NCBI GenBank assembly: GCA_036833455.1
Contig: DAITPU010000002.1
Coordinates: 16,812-80,811, forward strand
DNA: 64,000 nucleotides
DNA from: a bacterium
GTDB lineage: Archaea > Nanobdellota > Nanobdellia > Pacearchaeales > GW2011-AR1
Reading direction: 5' to 3'
Part shown: piece after piece, positions 9,578 to 20,172 of the stretch
How positions within the stretch are numbered: the first letter of the stretch is position 1
Layout: every line of letters begins with the position of its first letter
The notes under the pieces: model-generated
What the model was told of the DNA's origin: nothing
Database searches by the model: none
Seen by the model: only the letters and a program-made list of their open reading frames with translations
Made by a program: the position numbers and the translations under genes

Positions 9578-9814
9578 TTACATTAATCCTAACTTACTTG
9601 CAACATCTATTGCAAGAGTATCTCCTTTTAATTTAACATAAACATATTTCTTGTTTTTTCTTACTAAAGTTCGCATTGATTTTATCTGAACTTTAAACAA
9701 AGATTCAATTTCTTTTTTTATTTCTTCTTTTTGTTTTATCATTGAAACTTGAAAAACCAGAGTGTTGTCTCTTTCAATCATCATTACTGCTTTTTCAGTC
9801 ATTAAAGGTTTCAT
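9578..9814 (-). CDS. rpl23: Ribosomal protein uL23
   Basis: Small L23 fold sequence, between L4 and L2. Confidence 0.8.
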   Translation of the reverse strand: MKPLMTEKAVMMIERDNTLVFQVSMIKQKEEIKKEIESLFKVQIKSMRTLVRKNKKYVYVKLKGDTLAIDVASKLGLM

Positions 9815-10608
9815 TTTAATTTTTCCTCTAAATCTTTAATTGCTTTTTCAGTATAAATTACTAGCCTTCCAACTCCTCCTTCGGCTAGATCTTTCACTCC
9901 TAGCTTTTGGACATTTTGTGTTTCAAATCTTTTTGTTTTGAATTTTTCATCTTTTCCTAATACTAATAAAAATCCTCTATTTTTCTTATATTTTCTTCCC
10001 CTCATTTTTCCTCTACCTGCTCTTTGAGTTTTTTCTGGTAAAGCAATTTCATAAAGATCTTTTCCTAAAATTTTACTTAAGGAATTTAAAAATTCTTTTA
10101 ACTTTAATTCAACAAATTTAGTTTCTAAGATAATTGGCAAATTTTCTATCTTTTTTCCTTCTAAACTTGCATATTTTTTCAAAACATATTTTTCATTTGC
10201 AGTTGCACTTAAAGAAGACATTAATCCTAACTTTGATTCTTTTTTGTTTAATCTTGCTAATCCTAACATAGAAAGTATTTTTGGAGGATGTGCTCTTCTA
10301 CCTCCTCGAGTATTTGGAACAGTTGCACCTACCCAATGGAATTGAGAACCTCTTCGAGTCATTTGTTTTCTTGGAACTCTTGACATTCCCCTACCATATT
10401 GAGATTTCCAAACTTTTCTATGATGTTTTAATTTACCGCTTGCAGAATATTGATTTCCTGCCAAAGGGCTTGGAGCATAAGGTTGCTTTATTTTTTTTGA
10501 TTCTACTATCTTTTGAATTAAATCTTCTCTAACTTTTGTAGAGAAAAAACTAGGTAAAGTTATTTCTTTTCCTTTCTTACCTTCAATTGTATATATTGCT
10601 GATTTCAT
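9811..10608 (-). CDS. rpl4: Ribosomal protein uL4
   Basis: L4 archaeal sequence (GRGMSRVPRKQ...), gene order. Confidence 0.85.
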   Translation of the reverse strand: MKSAIYTIEGKKGKEITLPSFFSTKVREDLIQKIVESKKIKQPYAPSPLAGNQYSASGKLKHHRKVWKSQYGRGMSRVPRKQMTRRGSQFHWVGATVPNTRGGRRAHPPKILSMLGLARLNKKESKLGLMSSLSATANEKYVLKKYASLEGKKIENLPIILETKFVELKLKEFLNSLSKILGKDLYEIALPEKTQRAGRGKMRGRKYKKNRGFLLVLGKDEKFKTKRFETQNVQKLGVKDLAEGGVGRLVIYTEKAIKDLEEKLK

Positions 10609-11546
10609 CTTAATTCAATTAATTCATATTTCTTTTTAATTTGTTTTTTAGTTGGTCTTAAGGCTTGGGTTAAAATAAGTTGTCTTTTAGCTGAACCTTG
10701 AACTGAACCTTGAACTAAAATATAATCCGAATTAACATCTCCATAATTTTTTAAATTTTTTATCTTATGCTCATCTGACTTTTTCATATCTAGAATTAAA
10801 TTATTATAAATTGCCCTTGTGAACATTCCTAATTGACCTGCCATAGGAACTCTAAAAGTAACTCTTGCTGGATGCCATGGTCCGATTGAACCTGGTCTTC
10901 TTCTTCCCTTTTCTGATTTTTGATTCTTTAATTGAATACCGAATCTTTTAACTGGACCTTGAAAACCTTTTCCTTTTGTTAAACCTCTTAAATCTACTAA
11001 TTGTCCTGATTCAAAAAAATCAAAAACTGAAAATTCTTTTGTTTGATTTTCTTTTATAAAATTTAATTTATCTTCATATGATCCGCTTAAACCAATTTCA
11101 ACTATATCTGGAGTTTTTTTCAATTCTGCTTTTTTAACATTTGAATAAAAGATAATTCTCAGGTCATCATATTCTTCAGTTTTTATGGAATCAATTTTTT
11201 TAGAAATTTTAGGGAGCTTTAATTTTCTTTTTAATTCCTTATCTAATTTTTCTGCAAGAATTTCTGTTCCCACGATTCCATTTTTATAAAACCTTATAGA
11301 AAGTATTTTCATATGGGGGCACTCAAGCACAGTCACCGGAATAGCTTTTCTTTTTCCCTTTGTCATAGAATGTTCAGTATCATCTTTCACTATTGCTGAA
11401 ACCATTCCTGCTTTATAGCAAATAAATCCCTTTATCTTTTTTGTAGAATTAATCGCATTCCAGTTCACGCTAGGTAAAAATTTCTTAGCCCTCTTTCTAG
11501 GCCAAAACTGCAAACTTCCTTTTCTCGGTGATTTTCTTGTAGGCAT
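10605..11546 (-). CDS. rpl3: Ribosomal protein uL3
   Basis: L3 sequence (FQGPVKRFGIQ..., PGSIGPWHPARV), first gene of cluster. Confidence 0.9.
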   Translation of the reverse strand: MPTRKSPRKGSLQFWPRKRAKKFLPSVNWNAINSTKKIKGFICYKAGMVSAIVKDDTEHSMTKGKRKAIPVTVLECPHMKILSIRFYKNGIVGTEILAEKLDKELKRKLKLPKISKKIDSIKTEEYDDLRIIFYSNVKKAELKKTPDIVEIGLSGSYEDKLNFIKENQTKEFSVFDFFESGQLVDLRGLTKGKGFQGPVKRFGIQLKNQKSEKGRRRPGSIGPWHPARVTFRVPMAGQLGMFTRAIYNNLILDMKKSDEHKIKNLKNYGDVNSDYILVQGSVQGSAKRQLILTQALRPTKKQIKKKYELIELR

Positions 11547-11643
11547 CTTTTATTATTGTTAATAATGCGGAACTCATTTTAGTTCTACCCTGGAATATTA
11601 ATGATAGAAATAGTTGGTTTATAAAGTTTTGGGGATGACCTTA

Positions 11644-12345
11644 TCAAGCTAAAAAATCATATTCTTTTTTGTCTTGTTTATCATCAATTTTTGTTATCCT
11701 TATTATCTTCCCACCTCGTTTTGCCATTTCACGTATTTTAGCAAAATCTTTTTCTTCAGTTTGAGGTAATTCTATTTTATCTATAATGAAATTATGCTTT
11801 ATTTCTGCTACTTTGAAATCTTCTACTTCAAATACAAAACTTCTTCCAATCTCTTTATCATTTGTAATTAATTTACAAAAATCCGCTTTTGGCTCTTCAT
11901 CCGTTTTTCCAGGTTTTCCTGATTTTGGTGCCTTTGGCTTTATCTTCAAAGAATTATTTTCATCTAAATTAAAACTTAATCCAAAAAAAGTCTTTGGAAA
12001 CTCATTTAATAAAGAAGTGATTTCATTTCCAGACATCTCCTTATCTATGATATAACTCTTTACTCCTTGAAATTGTTTTTTAGATTTAAAGTCTATTTTT
12101 CCAGTTAAATCAGAAGTTGAAACTATTGCCCCGGTAACCTTTGTTATTTTATCTCCTAATTTTTTAGATAAAATTAAAACCATTTCATTTGCAAATTCGG
12201 GACTAGAATTAATAGTAAATTTATCTTTTGATTTTTTTACTTTTAAAATTGCCCTATCTTTGAATTCTCCTTTTGAGAACCTCTGAAATTGAAGATGAAC
12301 TAATTCATCAAAATTTTTATCTGATATTTTTTTTATGAAGTTCAT
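11644..12345 (-). CDS. Hypothetical protein upstream of ribosomal cluster
   Basis: Intact 233-aa ORF, no family recognised. Confidence 0.4.
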   Translation of the reverse strand: MNFIKKISDKNFDELVHLQFQRFSKGEFKDRAILKVKKSKDKFTINSSPEFANEMVLILSKKLGDKITKVTGAIVSTSDLTGKIDFKSKKQFQGVKSYIIDKEMSGNEITSLLNEFPKTFFGLSFNLDENNSLKIKPKAPKSGKPGKTDEEPKADFCKLITNDKEIGRSFVFEVEDFKVAEIKHNFIIDKIELPQTEEKDFAKIREMAKRGGKIIRITKIDDKQDKKEYDFLA

Positions 12346-12431
12346 GCATTATAAAAATTAACTTCTCTTATAAACTTTTTTATGAGAAAAACTTTATTAA
12401 CTAAAGATTCCCTTTATGTTAGAGGTGTTAA

Positions 12432-13463
12432 ATGGATAAAGAAATTTGGAAAAATATAGCTCCGGTAATTATTCTTCTTACATTAATAACTCTTTCATTT
12501 TTATTAATAAAAGAAATTTTATTATCGATAATTTTAGGAATAATTCTTGCTTTTATATTTTTTCCAATTTATCAAAAAATAAATAAAATAATTCCTTCAA
12601 AAAACTTTTCTGCACTCGTGGTATGCTTACTTTCAATTGTACTCATAATTCTCCCTCTTTGGTTTATAGTCCCTATTTTGATAAATCAATCTATTTCAAT
12701 TTATTTGGCTGCACAATCAATTGATTTTGTTGGTCCTTTGGTAAAATACCTTCCTTCTTTCTTTAAGATTGAAGGCCTTTCAACTCAGATTGGAACAATA
12801 CTTTATACTTTTGTAACTAAAACGACAAATTCTATCATGAATTCTCTTGCAAATATAATTTATAACCTACCCCAAGTGTTCTTGCACACGCTTGTAGTTT
12901 TATTTACATTTTATTTTGTTTTAAGGGATAATGAAAAATTTGTAGGATATGTTCAAAGTCTAATTCCCTTTGATAAGGAAGTTGAAAATAAATTATTCAA
13001 ATCTTCTAGAGATATTACTTTTTCCGTTTTATATGGACAGATTATAATTGGAATTGCTCAAGGATTGGTAACCGGAATTGGTTTTTTTATTGCAGGGGTT
13101 AATAACGCTCTTTTCTTAACTATCCTTGCTGCACTTGCAGGAATATTCCCTATAATTGGTTCTTCAGTAGTTTGGATTCCTGTTGCGATTGTTTTATTTG
13201 CCGGAGGAAAAATATGGCCTGCTTTTATAGTAATTTTCTTTGGTATCATCGCTTCATTTTTTGAGAATGCCATAAAACCGGCCTTTGTTTCTAAAAGAAC
13301 TAATGTTCATACTGCAGTTGTTCTTCTTGGGATGATTGGAGGAATCTTTTTTGTAGGAGTTCTCGGAATAATTCTTGGGCCTTTGATTTTAGCTTATTTA
13401 CTAATTATCTTGGAAGTTTATAGAGATAAAAAATCCCCGGGATTAATTCATAAAAATCCTTAA
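12432..13463 (+). CDS. AI-2E family (UPF0118/PerM-like) membrane transporter
   Basis: ~8 TM segments and the conserved C-terminal block LVTGIGFFIAG...IFPIIGSSVVWIPVAIVLFAGG typical of AI-2E family. Confidence 0.65.
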   Translation: MDKEIWKNIAPVIILLTLITLSFLLIKEILLSIILGIILAFIFFPIYQKINKIIPSKNFSALVVCLLSIVLIILPLWFIVPILINQSISIYLAAQSIDFVGPLVKYLPSFFKIEGLSTQIGTILYTFVTKTTNSIMNSLANIIYNLPQVFLHTLVVLFTFYFVLRDNEKFVGYVQSLIPFDKEVENKLFKSSRDITFSVLYGQIIIGIAQGLVTGIGFFIAGVNNALFLTILAALAGIFPIIGSSVVWIPVAIVLFAGGKIWPAFIVIFFGIIASFFENAIKPAFVSKRTNVHTAVVLLGMIGGIFFVGVLGIILGPLILAYLLIILEVYRDKKSPGLIHKNP

Positions 13464-13469
13464 AATAAG

Positions 13470-14936
13470 ATGGAATTAAAAATCAAAGCTTCTAATTGGT
13501 CTGCAGGTTTTCCAGTTTGTATACTTAATGAAAAAACTTCTGAGAAAATTGGGGTTCATGCTGGGGATAGGATAAATATTAAAACTAAATCTAAAGAAAT
13601 TTCTAGCATTATAGACACTTCTTTTAAAGGTGTTGGGTTGGATGAAATTGAAATTTCTAATGAAATTAAGACTAGAATGAATTTAAAACCTGGTCAAAAA
13701 GTTAGTGTTAATATTGCTCCTCCTCCAGAAAGTGTCGTTCATATAAAGAAAAAACTTATTGGAAAAAAATTAGATAACAAAGAAATTCGCTGTATTATTC
13801 AGGATGTTGTTAAAAATAATTTATCTCAACCGGAAATTGCTATGTTCATAAGCGCCATGTATGATAAGGGGATGGACTTTAACGAAACTGTTTCTCTTGT
13901 AGAGGCAATCTCTGAAACTGGAAAAAAAATGTCTTTTAGAAATAAATACGTAGTGGATAAGCATTGTATTGGGGGAATTGCCGGAAACAGAACTACTCCA
14001 ATTGTTGTTTCAATATGTGCCGCTGCAGGACTTATTTTTCCAAAAACTTCTTCTAGGGCAATCACCAGCGCAGCTGGAACTGCAGATACAATTGAGGTTT
14101 TATCTCCTGTTGAATTTGAAATGGATAAATTAAAAAAAATTGTCCAAAAAACAAATGGTTGTCTAGCTTGGGGAGGGGGCCTAGGAATGGTTCCAGCAGA
14201 TTCTAAGATAATTAAGATTGAAAAGATTCTAAAAATTGATCCAACTTCTCAGCTTTTGGCCTCGATAATTTCAAAAAAATTGGCTTCAGGGAGTAAATAT
14301 GTCTTAATTGATATTCCTTATGGAAAAAACGCAAAAGTTTCTAGATTTAAGGGAATAATACTTAAAAGAAAATTTGAAAAATTGGGTAAACATTTTGGAT
14401 TAAAAATGAGAGTTGTATTAACCTCTGCTAGAGAACCTATAGGAAGGGGTGTTGGCCCAGCTTTGGAAATTAAAGATGTTATAAATGTTCTTAATCCAAA
14501 ACAAAAAGGGGAAGAAGATCTTAAAAATAAATCTATTTTTTTAGCTGGAGAAATCTTTGAAAGTGTGGGTATAACAAAAAAAGGAAGGGATATGGCAAGA
14601 GAAATATTAGAATCTGGAAAAGCTTTTGAAAAATTTAAAGAAATTATTGAAGCCCAGGGAGGGAAAATTAAAGAAATAGAAAATTCTGCAATAAAGAAAA
14701 ATATTTTCTCTTCAAAAAATGGGAGAGTTGTTGAAATACATAATAAAAAAATAAATGATTTAGCGAGAATTTCTGGATGCCCTGTTGATAAATTTGCAGG
14801 GGTTTATCTTCATAAAAAAACAAGAGAAAGGGTAAAGAAAGGTGAATTACTTTTAACAATTTATGCTGAATCAAAAAATAGATTAAGAGAAGCAGAAAAA
14901 TATTATCATTGTTCTAAACCAATAAAAATTAGATAA
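13470..14936 (+). CDS. AMP phosphorylase (thymidine phosphorylase family with N-terminal extension)
   Basis: 488 aa; DKHCIGGIAGNRTT (DKHSTGG-like) and TSSRAITSAAGTADTIE motifs of pyrimidine-nucleoside phosphorylase family; length and ~80-aa N-terminal domain fit archaeal AMPpase rather than TP. Confidence 0.7.
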   Translation: MELKIKASNWSAGFPVCILNEKTSEKIGVHAGDRINIKTKSKEISSIIDTSFKGVGLDEIEISNEIKTRMNLKPGQKVSVNIAPPPESVVHIKKKLIGKKLDNKEIRCIIQDVVKNNLSQPEIAMFISAMYDKGMDFNETVSLVEAISETGKKMSFRNKYVVDKHCIGGIAGNRTTPIVVSICAAAGLIFPKTSSRAITSAAGTADTIEVLSPVEFEMDKLKKIVQKTNGCLAWGGGLGMVPADSKIIKIEKILKIDPTSQLLASIISKKLASGSKYVLIDIPYGKNAKVSRFKGIILKRKFEKLGKHFGLKMRVVLTSAREPIGRGVGPALEIKDVINVLNPKQKGEEDLKNKSIFLAGEIFESVGITKKGRDMAREILESGKAFEKFKEIIEAQGGKIKEIENSAIKKNIFSSKNGRVVEIHNKKINDLARISGCPVDKFAGVYLHKKTRERVKKGELLLTIYAESKNRLREAEKYYHCSKPIKIR

Positions 14937-15605
14937 TTATTTTTTCTTATAAGAATATATAATCCAAAACATTGCTAAAACTAGATATAAAATTAGGATT
15001 ACTAAAAATGATTTGAATAGAATAGGGTAATTCTTTATTGAATTTCCTAAATAAGTTTGTAAAAAAGTTGCTGGAATTAATCCTAAAAGAGTAGCCAAAG
15101 TAAATTTAAAGAGCGAAATTTTTGAAATTCCGGCCACATAACTCCATAAATCCGTCGAAGTTAGAGGGTTCAATCTTAATAAGAAAATAGATAAGGTTCC
15201 ATGCTTCTTTGAAAAATGATCAAACTTTTTTAGTTTCTTTCTTGAGATCATTCTTTCAACATATCTTCTTCCAAGTTTTTCTGCTATCTTAAATGCAATT
15301 ATTCCTCCTATAACTCCTCCAGCAAGGGCTATGATTCCTGCTAAAAATGGACCAAATAAAATTGTTCCTGCAACATAAAAAGGAAAAGGGTGTATAGGGG
15401 CTAAGATTACTTCCAAAACCATAACTAAAAAATAAATCAAAAAAGCCCATCCTTTGTAAGGCTCAAAAAATCTAACTATTGAATCTGGATTTAAATTAAG
15501 AAAATTATAAATTATCCCTTTAGAAAAATAAGAATTTACTAAAAAAGTTATTAGAAATAAAAAAAGAGTAATTAAAATTATTTTTTTGAAATTCCTCTTT
15601 TCCAT
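14937..15605 (-). CDS. DedA/TVP38 (SNARE-associated) family membrane protein
   Basis: TM pattern and conserved G-rich loop (AGGVIGGIIAFKIAEKLGRRYVERMIS) typical of DedA. Confidence 0.6.
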   Translation of the reverse strand: MEKRNFKKIILITLFLFLITFLVNSYFSKGIIYNFLNLNPDSIVRFFEPYKGWAFLIYFLVMVLEVILAPIHPFPFYVAGTILFGPFLAGIIALAGGVIGGIIAFKIAEKLGRRYVERMISRKKLKKFDHFSKKHGTLSIFLLRLNPLTSTDLWSYVAGISKISLFKFTLATLLGLIPATFLQTYLGNSIKNYPILFKSFLVILILYLVLAMFWIIYSYKKK

Positions 15606-15683
15606 TTCTATTTGAAGATTTTAGAGTTTAAATAGGAAACTACTTCCTTATATTTGAAATATTAAATAGCAATAGATAAAAAT

Positions 15684-15953
15684 TTAAGACCCGAAGAAAA
15701 AAGCAATAAGAAATAAGAAAAAAATAATTAGAGAGATTATTAAAGAACTTAAAGCTAAATTTTTTCCAGGCATATTTCTTCTTTTTATTGAAATTAAATT
15801 TACTAATGAAAATATTGCTGAAATTAAAGGAAGTAAATAACTAAAGAATAGGATTTGCCATCCCCATAATCCAATAAACCCAAATAAACCCCCTAACATT
15901 ATTAATATAAATAAACCTAATAAACCAAAAGGCCAAAATAATCTTTTTTCCAT
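15684..15953 (-). CDS. Small membrane protein
   Basis: 89-aa ORF with 3 hydrophobic helices. Confidence 0.35.
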   Translation of the reverse strand: MEKRLFWPFGLLGLFILIMLGGLFGFIGLWGWQILFFSYLLPLISAIFSLVNLISIKRRNMPGKNLALSSLIISLIIFFLFLIAFFFGS

Positions 15954-16320
15954 ATGAAAATAAAGAAATTTAACTTTATAAATTATTTTAAAAATTTAAT
16001 TCTTATTTTAGAAAAAGCATACAGAAATTCTTAATTCCCTAAATTAAGCATTCTGTAAAAACAATTTAAAATCCAGAGTTTAATTTTTTTCTATTAGTTT
16101 ATATTCTATTCCAAATTTTGTCAATCCATTAAGGTATCTTGGCTCAACTAAAACATGGTTTACTTTATCTGTAAGATAAAATTTCATTTTGAATCTAAAC
16201 ATAGCTCTACGAGATTCTTCACTAATCTCAATTCTTTCCAAATTTTTTTCGTCAATTAACATAATGTCCTAGAGGATTATTTATTTAAAAATTTAACGTT
16301 AGAAAAAATATATTGGAAAA

Positions 16321-16400
16321 CGCCCCCGCCAGGAATCGAACCTGGTAGCCCAAAGGGCCCCGGTCTCAAGCCGGGTGCAATACCACTATGCGACGGAGGC
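16321..16400 (-). tRNA. tRNA-Ser (anticodon TGA), type II with 13-nt variable arm
   Basis: Hand-folded cloverleaf: acceptor GCCUCCG/CGGGGGC, anticodon stem CCCGG/CCGGG with loop CUUGAGA, T-arm CCAGG-UUCGAUU-CCUGG, variable GCCCUUUGGGCUA. Confidence 0.8.
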
Positions 16401-16454
16401 TTAAATTATATTAATCTATTGTTAGAATTGGTTTTAAAGATTTCTATTTATTAT

Positions 16455-17825
16455 TTAGCTACAAAACTGTCCAACTAATCCTGTATCTGGATAACCTACA
16501 AAATATTTCATTACTAATAAAGAATCTATTGAATTTATTGCCCCATCTCCATTAGAATCTATGCAACATATATTTGAAGGTCTTGGAGTTAAATCTACAA
16601 AAACTTTTGCAATAAGATGTGCATCTCCTGAATTTATTGATCCGTCTCCATTAGCATCCCCTATTAGTGATCCTGAAAAACATTCTACACATGGTTGAGG
16701 GGAAAATTTTTGAATTACATATTTAAAAGGAGGATAATTGTTTCCGGGTAATTCATAAACTGTAGGAAAGTAAACTTTTCCTAGACTATCTACAACAATT
16801 GATCTAAGGCTTCCATTTTCAAATTGCCACGTTGAAACTCCGTATGTATCCCAAGAATCAACTAAATTTCCGTTAAAATCATATTTGGATATTAATCTTT
16901 TTGAGGGGGAAGTGGCATATATGTTTCCATATCCGTCTAAAGCGATCCCATAAGAAGAATTTCCAAAACTAAAAATATGACTTAAATTTGAAGAAAATTT
17001 TTTGATTTGCTTCTCGTATTCAGATACATATACGTTTCCATAAATATCTGTTGCGATATCTAAAGGAGAATTTTCAAATTGATAATTTTCTGTGCCGAAA
17101 CCTCCTCCTTGACCAATTAAACTCATGTTTTGGTTGAATTTGAAAATCTTTCCTTCTGAGTAATCTAAAATATAAATATTTCCAAAATAATCTAAAGCTA
17201 TTTTATCTAAAGTTCCTAAAATGGAGATGTTCCAATAATTAATTAAACTTCCATTCGAATTAAATTTTTCTAATTTATTTAAAGAGGGGGTTACTGCAAA
17301 AATATTTCCTTGGTTATCTATCTCTAAATCTTTAGCTGAGCTAGAAAAAGACAAAAGATAATTTCCATTTGAATCAAATTTTTTTATCACCCCATTTGAA
17401 GCATCTGTTGCATATATATTTCCAAAATTATCTGTATCTATGCCTGAAGGAATCTCTCCAAATTGAGAATAACTTGTTCCGTACCCTCCCCATTGCGTTT
17501 CATAAATATAGGTTAAACAAGCGCCTTGAGGACCAATTGGTGTGCTTATCATTGTTGGAGAAAAATCTTCTTCTAAAATTTTTTCTTCTTCAGTTAAAAA
17601 AATTGTATCTTCTACTTCAGAAATTTTTTTCTTTTGATTGAAGTCTGCCTTATTAAAATTTTCTTCAAAAAAACATTTCCAAAAACTATTGCATTTTAAG
17701 TTTGAATTTAATTCTGATAATTGAGAGGAGTTTACTAAAGGAGATATTCCTAAAAGAATTATTAAAATTAAAAAATATGTCCTTAAAATAATTTTAAATT
17801 TTTTATTTTCCATATCTTCAACCAA
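16455..17825 (-). CDS. Secreted NHL-repeat beta-propeller protein with C-terminal dockerin-like module
   Basis: Signal peptide; repeated GNIYV(A/S)D..N.I.KF NHL-type blades; C-terminal GDANGDGSINSGDAHLIAKVF...DSNGDGAINSIDSLLVMKYF resembles duplicated Ca-binding dockerin type I repeats. Confidence 0.6.
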   Translation of the reverse strand: MVEDMENKKFKIILRTYFLILIILLGISPLVNSSQLSELNSNLKCNSFWKCFFEENFNKADFNQKKKISEVEDTIFLTEEEKILEEDFSPTMISTPIGPQGACLTYIYETQWGGYGTSYSQFGEIPSGIDTDNFGNIYATDASNGVIKKFDSNGNYLLSFSSSAKDLEIDNQGNIFAVTPSLNKLEKFNSNGSLINYWNISILGTLDKIALDYFGNIYILDYSEGKIFKFNQNMSLIGQGGGFGTENYQFENSPLDIATDIYGNVYVSEYEKQIKKFSSNLSHIFSFGNSSYGIALDGYGNIYATSPSKRLISKYDFNGNLVDSWDTYGVSTWQFENGSLRSIVVDSLGKVYFPTVYELPGNNYPPFKYVIQKFSPQPCVECFSGSLIGDANGDGSINSGDAHLIAKVFVDLTPRPSNICCIDSNGDGAINSIDSLLVMKYFVGYPDTGLVGQFCS

Positions 17826-17865
17826 TTAAAAGAATATTTAAACATTTATGTTTAATTTTATTTAA

Positions 17866-18162
17866 TTATTTTATACTCTTTCCCTTAAAAAGATATTTTA
17901 ATTTATCCCAAAATCCTAAAGGCTCTATATGAACTACCTGATTTTTTTCATCTAAAAGTTCATATTTTATAACTGGCTTTTCTTTCATAGAAGAGGCACT
18001 TTTTGCTAATTGATGATGTGCTTCTTTAAGAGCTTGCTCTACAATAACCCGAGAATAACTTTGCTTGAATAATGCAAACTTTAAAGATTCTTCAGAATAA
18101 CCCTTAGAAAGATTTCTTTTGAAATATTCTATCAATTGATCCTTATTATCTGGCCTTCTCAT
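17866..18162 (-). CDS. Hypothetical protein
   Basis: 98-aa ORF, no family recognised. Confidence 0.4.
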   Translation of the reverse strand: MRRPDNKDQLIEYFKRNLSKGYSEESLKFALFKQSYSRVIVEQALKEAHHQLAKSASSMKEKPVIKYELLDEKNQVVHIEPLGFWDKLKYLFKGKSIK

Positions 18163-18215
18163 TGATTTTAGAAGACTGTCGAGTTTAAAAAATTTATTCC
18201 ATACAAGAATATAGA

Positions 18216-20138
18216 TTAAATTCTTTCAAAGAACTCAATTACCCTTAAATCTGGGCTTAAAACGTTGACTTTATCTTCAAAAAATCTCAATCCCCTATAA
18301 AGTTTTTGCAATAACTCTCTTTTGGCCTTATCTCTATAAAACATCCAATAGTAATTTGGTTTGGTATTCATTAAAATTTTCCAAAAAGGGTCTTCTACAT
18401 TTGGATTTGGATACTTTGTAAAAACAATAGAATTGCACTCTTCACCAGGAAAATCTATTCCTCTTGAATCCTTAGTTGAAAATAAAAGATCTAAATTTCC
18501 TTCCTTAAAATCTTTAACTCTTCTTCCCGTTTTATCTTTGGATTGCATCTCAATTAGATCTTCTCTGGAAATAAGATTTTTTATAGAAAAATTTTCTTTT
18601 TCTCTATTCGTGGGAAGATCTTTAAAGGAATTTACATGAACTAAAATTGGTTTTGTTGCTTTTTCTATTGATTTATCTAAGGCCAAAAGATAATCTTCTC
18701 TAGTATAATTTTTACTAAAATTTGAATATTTGCAATCAAATTCCAAACCAGTTCTAACTACATTTATTTTACCTTGTTCTTTTGTTTCGGCTTCAACTAT
18801 TTTGAAATTTGTTATTCCAAAAATATTTTTTAACACTTCTTCTGAATGAAGGGTTCCGGACATTAAGACAAGTTTTTTATTTTTTTTTGTGAACTCTTCT
18901 AATTTTTTTGCAAGATTAGTCGTTACTAAATGAATAAAAAGAGAATTGTCTTTTTTTGAAAAAGTTAAATAAGTTTCTTCTAAAAAATTAGAAAAAATCA
19001 TTGCCGTTTCAAAAACTTCTAAAAGATAACTCTCTTCATCTATTTCTTCTAAAAAGTTTTTAGTTAAAAAAAGTTTTAGAATATCATAAATCCCTGTTTT
19101 CCTTAATTCAATTATCTGATTTGATTCAATAGCTCTCTGAATTCTTTTATCTTTTTTTAAATGTTTAATGAGTTCAAATATTTCTTCTATTGCTTCTCCT
19201 TTTCCTTCTCCAGATCCCAATGCCACTAACAAAGAATTTTGTAATCTTTCTAAATTAATTGTTCTTTCATTAGAAAGACTATCTAAAAATTCATCACATT
19301 CATCAATTATTTCAACTTCCGTTAAGGGTTTTCTGTTTAATATAGTCTCTAATTTGTACTTGAGTGAATTAAAAACGATTACATCTGATTCTATATAAGA
19401 ATTGAATTGCTCATAATAAGGACACCCTGGTTTTCTTTTGTATTGAATAAAATTTACATTATCCAGCCCTTTGTATGTTCTTTTATCTCCTTCTAAGTTT
19501 TTTAAATCATACTTATCTGGGAGAACTGGACTCCAATAAGGACAAACACTTGCAATAGAAATTCTTTTTACATCAGAAATTTTTTGAAAATTATTTGAAT
19601 TTATTTTTGGATTCTTTTTTAAATATTCTCTTAATTTATTCCAGTTTTTTTCTCGTATTTCTACCTTACAAGGAAGTTCATTATTGTCTGCGGATGGATC
19701 TTTTTCTTGAATTTCTTTGCCTTCTTTTTTTCCTTCAAAAATATCATGAAGTTTTAGATTAATTTCCTTTTTTATCTTGGGTATTAACTTTTCATTATCT
19801 TCTAAAAATTTACATTTATGGTTTTTTCTTCCAGTGATTATGCTTATCTTTAAGTTCTCTCCATTTTCTTTCTTTAAAAATTTTTTATCTTCATAATCTC
19901 TTTTGTATTGCGATTGTAAATTTTTTCCTGGAACAACAATTGAGGTTTTCCCTAATTTATTTGCAATATTTAGGGCTATTGCAGATTTTCCGGTTCCACA
20001 CATTCCGTGAATAAAGATTATTTTTTCATCTTTTTTTATTAAATCCAAAACTTCTTTAACTATGTCCTTTTGAGTCTTCCCGTTAGAAAAACATAAAGGT
20101 TCCAAAAATTTTCCATTTTCATAAAGATTCCATGTCAT
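18216..20138 (-). CDS. Rad3/XPD-family (DinG-like) FeS DNA helicase
   Basis: Walker A GTGKS, DExD-like IIDECDEF, SGTL motif, C-terminal RGIDFPGE; four Cys (incl. two CPY) between Walker A and B consistent with XPD 4Fe-4S domain. Confidence 0.55.
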   Translation of the reverse strand: MTWNLYENGKFLEPLCFSNGKTQKDIVKEVLDLIKKDEKIIFIHGMCGTGKSAIALNIANKLGKTSIVVPGKNLQSQYKRDYEDKKFLKKENGENLKISIITGRKNHKCKFLEDNEKLIPKIKKEINLKLHDIFEGKKEGKEIQEKDPSADNNELPCKVEIREKNWNKLREYLKKNPKINSNNFQKISDVKRISIASVCPYWSPVLPDKYDLKNLEGDKRTYKGLDNVNFIQYKRKPGCPYYEQFNSYIESDVIVFNSLKYKLETILNRKPLTEVEIIDECDEFLDSLSNERTINLERLQNSLLVALGSGEGKGEAIEEIFELIKHLKKDKRIQRAIESNQIIELRKTGIYDILKLFLTKNFLEEIDEESYLLEVFETAMIFSNFLEETYLTFSKKDNSLFIHLVTTNLAKKLEEFTKKNKKLVLMSGTLHSEEVLKNIFGITNFKIVEAETKEQGKINVVRTGLEFDCKYSNFSKNYTREDYLLALDKSIEKATKPILVHVNSFKDLPTNREKENFSIKNLISREDLIEMQSKDKTGRRVKDFKEGNLDLLFSTKDSRGIDFPGEECNSIVFTKYPNPNVEDPFWKILMNTKPNYYWMFYRDKAKRELLQKLYRGLRFFEDKVNVLSPDLRVIEFFERI

Positions 20139-20172
20139 GAAAAAGAATAAATAAACTAAGAGTTATAAAGTT

